From Phoronis australis (lineage: Eukaryota > Animalia > Phoronida): a stretch of DNA of 64,000 nt. The DNA is taken from positions 52,926 to 116,925 of the forward strand of contig NMRA01000046.1 of assembly GCA_002633005.1 (NCBI GenBank). The letters run 5' to 3'. The notes beneath the pieces are model-generated. The model searched no databases, had not been told where the DNA came from, and saw only the letters and a list, made by a program, of their open reading frames with translations. Shown here in pieces: positions 1 to 11,497 of this stretch; the stretch's first letter is position 1; each line of letters starts with the position of its first letter. Both the position numbers and the translations under genes were made by a program.

Positions 1-222
1 AATCCTCCTTATCAGAAGGTTCGAGAGCACAAACTAGTTCACACATTCTTTGTACGAGTTATGCACATCTGACTTTGCAAGTTTGATTGCTAATACCATT
101 GATAATAAAACTAATGTACAAAACTTTTCACGAGCACAAAAACATTTTGATGTATGTAAACATAATTATGTACACCATGACACATTTCGCTGAACTTCAG
201 CCAAGACATACATGGTTCCACA

Positions 223-324
223 ACACATTATAGTGCATCATTTCACAAACTACGTCCAACTGGTTAGAATCACACATTATAGTGCATCATTTCACAAACT
301 ACGTCCAACTGGTTAGAATCACAC
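223..324. repeat. 49-bp perfect tandem duplication
   Basis: acacattatagtgcatcatttcacaaactacgtccaactggttagaatc occurs at 223 and at 272. Confidence 0.95.
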
Positions 325-1525
325 AACTAGCATTAAAATAGGTTAGTTAACATCACACCTTGTTGCCAATACCAGTTCAATATATCTGCAATGTAATTAG
401 TGCTGCATGTATAACACTCCCAAAGCAACAACCCCCCTCCTCTGTCCCTCCCCATCTGTCATCACCAATTTTGCTCAGGCAAATCCTGAATTGTCCCTGT
501 AAACTTATCAGTCTCTCGACCTTAGCCTATCTCCTGCCCCTGATCATCACTTAATTCACTCTTCACTGCAACTCATGTCCACCTATTTGCTCTTCAAGAA
601 TAGCTCACTGCTTAATTAAAATGTAATCTTAGAAGGTTTGGAATGGATAAAATAAATGTGTGTTCTGATTAGAATTTCTGGTCTACTATGTAGAGTGCAA
701 TAAAAATAGAACAAGATGTACAGACAACTAAAAAAAATGTTATCAAGATTATTTGATGGAGTGTTTGTTAAAACTATGACTTGGCCAAATTGAGTGAGAG
801 CATAAGTTATAGAAAAAGGTATTTTGAGACTGCCAGTCAGTCAAAAACAGCACTGCTGAATAACACATATCATTACAGTGGCATGATTAATTAGAATTTG
901 ACTAATTTACAGATTTAGGGTATAATCATGATACAAGGCTGTTTTTCTCATTTCTAATAAATGCTGTTTAGCAATAAACTAACACTTTGCCACTTTTAAA
1001 ATTGTGTACCATAGCTAAAACTGGTGTAAAAATATATTTTCAAAATTTGTGGGGTTCACAATAGAACTTGAGACCTTGAAAAGTAACAAACAGCTTTGGT
1101 CAAACCTTTTCCTGGCAATTGGTGAGTTCTTATCATAGTTTGCACCCAAAAATAAAGGTATGTTTACTTGATTCCCAACTTCTCACTTGGCCTGAAGTTA
1201 GTCCATATTAGTAAATGATAACTCTAAAACTAAGCGTGTATTTTGCACGTACATGTTAGCCCTGTGGTACAAAGCTCAGTGTAGTCTTCATACAGCTAGC
1301 TGGCTGGCTGGCTAGGTACATGTATGATTTGACCGCCAGGTGAGGTGAAGTTGTTCCAGTCAGCAACTGGGTAGTGGGGGGGGGGGGGGGGNGGGGGGGG
1401 TTGCGAATGCTTAATCCAAAGTAGGCACTCGAACTTCAGTTCAAAGGCCCGATCCCACCTACACGGCGGCCCGAAGAAGTTTAAGCACCGGACTGAGGGA
1501 TTCCCTATAATCTAGAACGGCTTAC

Positions 1526-1621
1526 CTCGTCAAAGTGTGAAAACAAAGGCTTGATGCGGGGTAGAATTATCTGTGCCTGGTGAGGTTTTAGGTTTGTGTC
1601 ATTCGCCTTCTTTAGTTCCAT
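1526..1621 (-). CDS. Putative first coding exon of an unidentified host gene (MELKKANDTNLKPHQAQIILPRIKPLFSHFDE)
   Basis: On the - strand: donor GTAAGT at 1716, an 82-nt intron with a CTGAC branch-like motif, acceptor TTTCAG ending at 1635, ATG at 1621, 32 open codons, then a phase-0 donor GAG|GTAAGC at 1525. The product is not recognised. Confidence 0.5.
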
Positions 1622-4600
1622 TTTCTTCTTCCGACTGAAACATAGTAATAATCCATGCGTCAGCTGATAGCAGTCTTCTCATCGCAAGCTGAAAACTCCC
1701 AACAGATGTCACTTACGTGCAGTCATTTCACTGTCGCCCTTGCAACTTACGGCTGATGATGAATATATCGAATATAGGCCTGTATTTTCAGAAGCCCCGG
1801 TACTGGCTTTGTCAAGGATATGCCTACTTAATAGTCAGAGTTTGCCCGTGTTGTTGATAATGTTATTGACTCTATTATCTAAACTCACTCACGAGTGCAA
1901 CAAATTTCATGGGAGACATTACGTTTTTGCCCATAGGCTTATTTTTCCATCCTGGAAAACCTGACAATCAAAGTAAACGGAAAATGCTTCTCTACTTCAA
2001 CCGGGAAAATCAATGTTTGCCGTCCGCCCGGATATCGTGAAAGTTGACCTAAGCTCATATTCTGTTGTACAAGGCAATTAAATACTGGCTGAAATAAAAA
2101 TGTTTGGCTTCTGAAATTGAATAACTCGTGAAAAGCTACTCATTCTTTCGTGGAAGGAATACGATAAAAAATGACCAAAACGCTACTGACAGCAGTTTTG
2201 ATTCGATGAATGTATTCATTCAGCGTGGTAGATCAATTTGCGTTTTTGTCGCGACATCGGACAAAAGACTGAGCCTCTGCTGGCGATTCTTAAAGAAAGA
2301 TTGATATCATGCCTGTGAAAAATGGTAGCGTCTGGAATACGGACTAAACGGGGGCAATGGTTTTGGAACCTCCCTTTCCTGTGAAAGAATTTATCAGAAG
2401 TAGTCACTGATGGATGTTGCGACGACTGGTACATACAACCCAGTAATATTGGTTTGCGTTATAAAATTTGTGCATTCTCTAGCTGCAGTAACAAGTCTCA
2501 ACGTGTATTCCTTAAAACTTAACTAAACGTGTTTCATCGCTATGGTTACTACAGTTCTCTTGTCTTCAGATTAATCAATTCAGTTATTGATTTCCAAGAT
2601 AAAACTGACTTTTCGACAAAATGACGTGATCGAGGAAATTATAAGTATTCATCTGATCTGTTACTTCTGAGAACAGGCCGGTAGCCAGGCGGTCGTGCAT
2701 CTCGTCGCTGACTACAAAGAAAATAATCTTTCACAATATTTTGTACTCCCTAAACACAATTGTGGATTTCTGTTTCGATATTTAATATCTACTCTGTTAA
2801 CATTGAAGGACACTGAGAATCGTATCAATCTATCCCTTGATTTGCACAAGTGGTAGTTTTTAAGTCTTCATTTCAACTCATTATCATTTTTGCTTGACTG
2901 AAAAATCTTCACGACTTATACCAATTACTAGATTGCTGGATATTCTGTTTAGTTATCATTTTCTTAAACGTTTCCATAGTCACAATCTCAACTGAATGTG
3001 TAACTGACTAAAAAATCCATCTTCGCCCCGTGAAAATTCCACCAAGTTGTCACTCTTTATATCTGCCTTTTCGTTATTTAGGAAACAATAAATATTCATA
3101 TTTGTGTTTAAAATTTTCTGTCTGTAACTACAATTTATACAAGCCGTGTAAACTGAGTGCGCTTCCTGTATAAAATTACAACCATCAAAGGTATTACCAC
3201 TTAGACTCATATATTGCAAACTCCGTACGCCATATTATTGCCATAATTGCAAACCCTCGCTGTCAACGGAACCAACATTAAATGTAAGTCATCTACTTCA
3301 AGGGGGTTGTACAACAGGCCATCAAACCATTAAAACTCCGTTGGTTTCATAACACATTAGACCCATGAACATGCATACAGTTTCCGTTTTCACTCAAATC
3401 CTCGGGAAAATATCTACATATCAATTTTTTCTTCGAATTGCTTGTGGAAATGAATTTTTTTTTTCAATAGTTATCCTATTTTAGTCGACGATTCACGGCG
3501 GTTCGGTAGTCCGCCATGAACCGAGTTCAAGTGACGGCACTGAAAAATCCCGAGAACGCAGTGTGCAAACGCGTCAGTAACACGCACTCGGGCGATGTAA
3601 TCCCGGAAGGCTGCGGAGACGATATGGAGCTGAGGATCCTATCACGGAATCCATGAAGCTAACATGACTTCATACGAAGTTAAAACGTTTTGTTGGCAAT
3701 CTGTCACCGTATGTGAGTCGCCCAAGTCCGCGTTCATGCCGGGCGTGGAGGCCCTTTCCCGCATTACCGGTGCAGAGGGCGGTTCGTAACACCGCGACAA
3801 TTCGCCATTGAAACATCCCCGAGGAACGCGTTAACATTGTATTCAATCCCTCGTCATCGAGTATGAATCCACAATGAGCCCATGTGACCACGTAGTCTAG
3901 GCCGTTTGAAATGGACAGTGTAGCCTACAAATGCTTCCACCGTGTAAAAATTGCGAACAGCCAGTCCATGTGCGCGCCGAAACCGACCGCCGTCGACTGG
4001 CAACGAAACGGAGCAAGCGACGTCCAGACGACGTTGAAAGCAGAATCAGCGCTGGATTTATGAGGGACTGGGTTCTCGCATCAGACCCTTCCTAGACTAC
4101 CCCGTTACTACAAATGGATATATAATTTTAAAAAACGTAAAATAGCAACAGATAATGTCATGTTAATATGATCTATCAGACACAGCATGTCAGCAACCTC
4201 GACACGCATGCGGGTGCCCGACATCCTCGAAAGACTTACGAACAACCGACTTACAAGAAGAACCGACAACGTTACATTCTGGAAAGTTCCTTTTAATGTG
4301 AAACTTCGAAAATTTGCGCGGGAAGCCCATGTCTGAAAATTTTTACATGCTGTGGTTTTTTAAAAGCTTGGGGGCTCGTGAAAAAATTCCTCGAGCCACC
4401 CAAAGAGTACACTGAAAATCCGACAGTGAACAGAACGACTGGTTCCTACACCTGCACTTCGTTTTATGGGTATCTGTATGCCTTTGCGCCGGAATGCTCC
4501 AATTTGCTAATCAGACGCAGTGCCACAGTAGGGCTCCGTGGGGTTATTTGTATTGACTTCGACACTTTCGTGATGTTACCACAGAGACAACTGCTATGTT

Positions 4601-5408
4601 AAATTTGCACCATGTGTCTGTGCTCAAGTATATTCACAATGACACACCTTATCCGTGATAAAAAATATATCTGGCTGTTGATCGAGCGGTGCCACCACGC
4701 AGGCTGACGTTCAAGGCCATTGTGGATACTAGGACAGAATGTGAACACACGCATCACGCATAACGCATTACGCGGAAACGAGCCTCTATTCAAGATTTGA
4801 GAAACGTCACAGTAACGGCCTTTTCAACCTCATGTAGATTGATGGTGAGTTTTGGGAAAGCTGAATTGCATCAAAAGCCAATGCAAGATGAGGCATACAG
4901 GGTCCACGTCCAGGTTACCCCTGTTCATTGCAAAAAAGCTCTGCCCTGTCGAAACTCATTTCAGTTTTGCGAGTGTCCCTCAGGGCCGTTTAAACTGAAA
5001 AATTGTTCCTCATGCGCGCACCCAGCCTAAAATGTAGAGGGGCTCAAATTTTTCGATATGCGGACCTTTTACTGAAAAAAAAAATCAACGAGGACAAAAA
5101 AAAACGGGAACACTAGGTTCAGGCCTGCCAATCGTGCATCCTCCCCGAATTCCAGGACTTTGTGGACTTCTGTCTTGTTTACTCATTTGAGCCCCCGAGC
5201 CCCCCCCCCCCGGGTGCGCCCATGTTCCCAATTTGCCACTCATTTCAGACTAAGAGAACCCCCGGAAAGTGTCGGTTTATTTTGCCCACTAAGAAGTGGC
5301 ATAGAAATTGAATTAACACCGTTAGAAAGAACATTATGCTCGGGTAACATTGGTTTCGGGGACACCTAGTCGGGGACCATAGTGGTGGAGGAACAACGAG
5401 ATGGGTAT

Positions 5409-6331
5409 CAGTGGCGGATCTAGGATATCACAAGGGGGGGCCCTACATTTTGTCTGTAAACATTTGCGCAAAGCCTTTTGTAGATGCGCATAGCACCTAA
5501 TGAAGCGGGAGGGGGGCAAACCCCCCTCCCGCCCAGAAAAAAATTTCTGTTTTTTCCTCTAAAAATCAAGCATTTTCCTTGATTCCTAAAGTATTATCCA
5601 AGGAAAAAACACGAAGAACGTGTCAAGCTGCACCACCACAACTCCACTCGTAATTCAGTACTAAGAGACCTATTTGTTTATGGTCCACAGCGTTTGTGCG
5701 CGAAACCTCCTCTTTTTGTAATGCTTATTACACTTTTTATATTTTGTGCAATCAGTTCGTAACAAATTTGTTGTATTTAGAATAGTCTTCAATTGCCCAA
5801 AAGACCAAATCCGTTTTTTGTGTTGGTATTAATGACGCGATTGCTTTGGAAATCGTCTTAAGTTAATGTTTGGCAAAGAGAGAATTATGAGTTTCTGACT
5901 GATTCACAAAGGCTTAGAATAAAATTCACATCTTACCAGCAGCTTCTGTTTTTTCATCATCACTCAGATTCCATTTTTTTAAAAAATGAAGTAATTTTCT
6001 TCATTGTACAGTAAAGCAGACGACGGAAACGGAGTCGCAGTGCGCAGCGCCACTACAGGTAGCCTTGGATATCGCGGAGAGGCAATACTTAGCCACAGTT
6101 CCGTTGTGATTACGCCGTGTTCCGAATTTGACACTTGAAATTGGATCTGAGCCCCCCCCAAACACGCTAAAACTGCACACATTTAAATCTTGTTTCAGCC
6201 GTATAATGTTAATTACCGGGGTTAATTAATAAACTCAACATTTCCCTACGCTCTTGCTGTTTCAGTTTTTTGCGGCAGCCAAGGGGGGGGGGGGAGAGCG
6301 GGCCCCCTGGGCCCCCCTAAATCCGCCTATG
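5409..6331 (+). mobile_element. Non-autonomous DNA transposon with 5-bp TSD (hAT5-like), copy 1
   Basis: Ends CAGTGGCGGAT...ATCCGCCTATG, TSD GGTAT on both sides. Colinear with the copy at 55951-56961. Confidence 0.9.
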
Positions 6332-8190
6332 GGTATCATCAGGATGGGAGAATATAAGGGCTGGACATTTAGGAAGGACCTCATTCTTACTTAGTGTTGG
6401 CACCTGCAATAAATTTTATTGATGGAAAACTGCATTTTCCATTCAAACAATGTCAAAGCAACATTACAATGAATCAAAACATTCTAAAATTTGAGGATGT
6501 TCTTTTTAGATGGCCAAAACTACAGTAAACTTTGATTTTTATCTATTTTGATAAGACCTTAAGATTGATTTTCTCTTGGAATATTATGGTTTCTTTTGTT
6601 AGATTGAAAATACCAAGTAACATAAGGTTGCATTGGCCAAGTGTTAAAACGCCTCTAGTCATGATATCAAGGTATGATGAAAGTTCTGGTGACAAAAATA
6701 TATATCTTTATAACCAACGTGTACAAATGTAATGATCTTTTGGAAAAAACAAATGATTCCCAATTACACCTCAGAAAGATTTGTATTTTTTTGATTAAAT
6801 TAACTGTCAGAATTGTTAGTTTGGTTACGCTTTTCTGTTAAGAACTTCGATAGCCTGTATCAACATTTTTTGGAACTATGATTCCATTTTCCCCACCAGA
6901 TAACGCTCAGTAAATTTAAGAATTTGTTTTAAATATCTATTCTAATGTCAAAAATGTATAAATTGCACAGGTAAAACGTGTTATCGTCGGATGAAGTTGT
7001 GTGGACATCGAGGCTTCCGTGACAGCATCGGCTGCATATCGTCTACGGCCTTGTTCCAGCCGCCAGCGTGCAGTCGGCTCTGTGCAAGCCGATAATAAAA
7101 TCAAGTTCCTGACAGTATTGACTTTCTTATTTGGAAAAAGTATGAGAATTGACTCCCCTGATAGAGCTGAATCGTTCCTTTACAATACAGATAATGCCTA
7201 ATTCGTTCAACACATGAGAGCGCGTTATTTTCGCATTTAAGAATACACAGAACGCCGTTTGTTTGTTATTTTGTTACTATTCTGTACATAATGCCTTATT
7301 ATAAGTATCCTATCCGCCTTATAATACGAAGACATGTGTATAGCCAGAAGAGCAAGTTTTGAATCATTTTTAATCAACGAAATCGCGGTACCGGTATACA
7401 CTAAAGCTAAGTTTATGAAGATATTGCCGTCACTTGACGGATATCGCGCGCGTCACCACGCGTACAGTAAAATTGAATGTCATTGTGATGTGATGACTGA
7501 CATGGGAAGGGGCCAGCTTTTTTACTCAGCGTCATTTTTATTGCCAGATTAGACTGGGCTGTCCAGGGGTTTGTGGTCCGAGTTTTTCATAGGTGATAAT
7601 CTTCGGTCTTCCGGAGATTCACCGCAAAAGTCCGCCAGTACTACTGAGTTTGCAAAATGCGTTCGCAGGCTTTTTGTCGACTGGACACTTGAACACGTTT
7701 CACGGCGGATTACCGAAGCGTCAAGAATCGCCGACTAAGCCAGCAATGCGGAAAGGGTCAAAGAAAGCCATTTCCTTCATATTAGCGGAATCATCACTGA
7801 TTCCGGAATTGGGCGTTGCGCCTGCTTAGATCTAACCTCGTATTCACCGATGATTTCGAGAAACACCAAGGTCGGGTTCTAGATTCACTTCCAGGGTATT
7901 TTCAAAACCATCGCAGTGTTTTCGAGGGTCACCGCAGTGACTATTCCAGTAGCATCGTGTGCAGTGATTAAAAAACAACAACAAAAAACGCATTTTGTAT
8001 TGCAGCTATTCACTGAATGTGCTGCTGGAAGTGGAATATTCTTTTGAACACATGACTTGCTAAATTGTCCTCATGTAAAATTGGAATGGTTAAAGGTGAC
8101 ATTATGTCTAAGGCACAAAAATGCTAATTTCGAAGTTTCCACTTGTTTTGACGACACTTTATAACATCCACTTTAGTGAAGGGCAGTCAC

Positions 8191-8268
8191 CTCGCTGGTT
8201 CCCTGCGTGCCGCTAGGTAGCCAGTAGCCCGGCAGCACGCAGGCTAGGCATGCTAGGGAACCAGCGAG
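8191..8268. mobile_element. 78-bp mini-MITE made of CTCGCTGGTTCCCT TIRs
   Basis: ctcgctggttccct...agggaaccagcgag; same TIR as the adjacent element. Confidence 0.75.
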
Positions 8269-8282
8269 GCATTTCACAGCCT

Positions 8283-8946
8283 CTCGCTGGTCCCCTACGT
8301 GCCTGTAGCCAGCACTCAGGTAGTCACGCAGCCAAAGTGGCACGCGCTTTAGCATTGGTTGATGTAACCTCAGCAGTCATTGGTTAGCTTTACAATACCG
8401 TGAAAAAATGGCGGACTGTGAACGATTTTTAGCCTTGTTATGCAAGTGGCGTCGCAGCAACTATTTCGTTCAGTTTCTGCAGTGATGTTTAATAGCCACG
8501 TGTTTGAAGCACATACATGAACAATAAAAACATATCTGGCCGATTTAACCGGTGTGTTATTTACACTGTATGAATACAGGACAGTATCGTCAGTAAACAG
8601 AAGTTATCGACAGTAGAAGATGCACCCCGAAAAGGCGCAAGCACAATTTCTAGGATTCACTTTTCCTGAACATGAATTTTACTGAAGCACCGATTTGTCT
8701 GTACTGACAACTGAACACATTAAACACTTCAGTCCATCACTCATGCCAGTTTGTTTGCGTAAAGCGCTGTCTATTGAGGATTTGACAAGCCAACCAGAAA
8801 CGCCGGTGTACAAAAATTTCCCGAGGAAAATCAAGTGATACCTGCCTGCTGGCGCGGCTACCGCCCCACCTAGCGGCACGCAGGGAACCAGCGAGCCTAC
8901 TGGCGCGGCTACGACCCCACCTAGCGACACGCAGGGAACCAGCGAG
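8283..8946 (+). mobile_element. Non-autonomous element with 10-bp TSD (Mutator-like)
   Basis: TIRs CTCGCTGG.../...CCAGCGAG; TSD TTCACAGCCT at 8273-8282 and 8947-8956. The right 51-bp terminus is tandemly duplicated (8845-8895, 8896-8946). The interior recurs at 35093-35410 and 37325-37443. Confidence 0.85.
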
Positions 8947-10220
8947 TTCACAGCCTCTAAGCCAGAGCGGTCAGTTTTGTTCAATCAGTTTTCTGGTAAC
9001 ATCCAATTCCTTCTAGTAGCCTGTTTGTTGCTCACTTAAGGAAGTTGTAGGACCTTATTTTTAAATACCTGTGTTAATCGTCATCTTGCCTATTTATGGT
9101 AGAAAAAAATTTCCGAAACGCACCTCATTCGCGTAAGAATTTGTTTTCTTCGCATTCAAGTTCAAAGGTTACTGACGGCTGTCACTCAAGTCGAATCTCC
9201 CGCCAGGCACATAGCACGGTTCCGTATGAAACCACAGTCCTTTCATTCACTGAATCACCATAATATTGAGTCAACAAGGTGTACATAGCATACAAAGATG
9301 CTGCTGAAAACGAAGACAAGACGTGGTTTTGATCCTGAGGGAGTTATGTGTCTATGTATATACGACCGTTGATAACTTATGAGGAATGCACCGAGTCCGA
9401 GTCGCCGTACGGCGTCTGGCACTTTTGTGAAAGTCACCCAAATTCATTATTTTCATCATTAAGTTTACGTTTCGCTGTTTCTATCTCGTGCTCACGGCGG
9501 CGCGTTATCCACAGACTCGAATTCTCTTATCTTGTTTCTTCATATTAGTCTCCCCTGCGCGAGATTCGCATGTTGTGTATCACAATGAACTGTTGACCTA
9601 CTAACAGTTGACTCCGCCTCTCACCTAGTTTGACTCGAGGCACTGAAACCTTACTTACAAAATTAAGACATTTTAGTGATAATTAAGTTAATTACGTATT
9701 GCAAGTTCAGCTGACATTGCAAGTGAATGTTGAAATAACAATTATTGACCACAAACGAGTTTTCACCGAATAATTAAATGAAAACCTTGAGATATTTTGA
9801 CGACTTGACGACGCTTTTGGCCTTTTCTCGGCTTTGGCAAATCGATTGAATTTGAGCTTAGGAACACGAGTTCTCGAAAACGGTTCGGTGAATTTCACTG
9901 ATACTTTCCAATTTTAATTTTCATTTGTCCACCTCCGAAATGCTGCTACGATTTTTTAAACGTATAGCTTTATTGTACCGTGTCATAGAGACGAATACGA
10001 CCGCTGTTCTTTTTACGAAAAATGACTTACATTTTGCGAGTTAACGAGTAATCGAAAATTTTTAACAAAATTTTTGAGAGATATTGGTAAGTTTTCATTT
10101 AAAGAATTTTTCATTAAAATCGACTAAGAGACATTTTGTGCTATGAATGTACTTTTGTTGAAAATGAAAATTTGACTTAAAAAGTGGCCACGTCATAATA
10201 ATAATGACACATAAGTATAA

Positions 10221-10989
10221 ATACAGATTATTACATGGCGAAGTCGTTATACCCCGTTATCTAGAGCCCGAGTGGATTTTGGAGAATTATCGCCCGAGGG
10301 GCGTTACTATGTATACCACATACTGAACGAGAAACATTGCAATGAATCTATCTGCCTTTCTCGACTGGCTATGAAAAATAAGACTCATAATTTCCATAAA
10401 AAACGATATTTTAGTTCAGTGAAATTCTTCTCTCGTGTTGTCTCACTTGTAAATCACCGATCTCCCAATTTGGATGCGGGTATCGTGTCGTCGGGATCCT
10501 ATGACTTGAGCATTATAGTCAGTTACTAGTGGTAACCTACTTTAGCAGACGATATTTTACCGGTGGAAGCTTAGGGTGATAAAATGTGAAGTAAGTTATA
10601 GCAGTTGCTAAACCTTAATTTATAGATTTACTTTATTTCTATTTTGTTTAAAATTTCAATTGCTTTTGAGTATAAGCATTATTTGACAAAAATAGCTCAG
10701 CTTTTCTTAAAAGGTCATGACCTCCGACCCCGGGCCTCTGACAGAAAGTAGTTACAAAGCCGAAGCGAGTCGAGAAAGGTAGATAGATTCATTGCAATGT
10801 TTCTCGTTCAGTATGTGGTATACATAGATTATTACATGTTCTCAGTCGTTATCCCCCTTATCTAGAACCCTCATGGATTTTGTAGAATTATCACCCTCGG
10901 GGCTAACGCCCCTCGGGCGATAATTCTCCAAAATCCACTCGCGGTCTAGATAACGGAGGATAACGAATTCGCCATGTAATAATCTATAT
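10221..10989. mobile_element. Nested foldback elements (MITE within a palindromic MITE)
   Basis: Outer inverted repeat ~10221-10307 / ~10904-10989. Inner inverted repeat ~10308-10370 / ~10764-10827. The segment 10824-10989 is itself an imperfect palindrome. Confidence 0.85.
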
Positions 10990-11228
10990 GTATTTTAATA
11001 ATTCCCGATTCTGCTTCTTTCAAAAATATATACTTTTACTAGTTGCCACAGTCTAGTTTTCTTGGTATTTAACTTTGAATTAACGTTCCTCAATAAGGTC
11101 CTCCATAACCATAATCTTTTAAAAACGTAAAGAACACGTAAAACACCATTTGTTGTTATTTTGTTACTAGTGACTACGTAGTGAATTAATCGAAGAGCCA
11201 TAATAGATCGGAGCCGTCTAAACTAAAA

Positions 11229-11497
11229 CGGGGATTTTTCGTAGATGACCGTGGGCGTGTATTCAGAAAATTAAAATTTTTGAGCCTTTTAACACCAATT
11301 AAACGCCCGAGTGCAAATGGAAAGATATAATTTTGGCTACGTGAATGCCAGCATGAAGCGCGATCTGAATTTTTGTAAGTGAAACAACCCTTGTGACTAA
11401 AAGTTGACGCTGAGTGGGCTTTTAAGAGGAAAATTTCCGAATAAACGCCCCCTATCTGGGCGTTTCATCGGGTGGGCTTATCTACGGAAAATCCCGG
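11229..11497. mobile_element. Tc1/mariner(pogo)-like MITE
   Basis: cggggatttttcgtagat ... atctacggaaaatcccgg followed by TA; imperfect TIRs, left TA not intact. Confidence 0.55.

Noticed and set aside
2980-3219. LRR-like motif LQYMSLSGNTF in a 79-aa ORF
   Set aside because: A single motif with no adjacent repeats or proper LRRCT cysteine pattern, and stops upstream; chance is likely.
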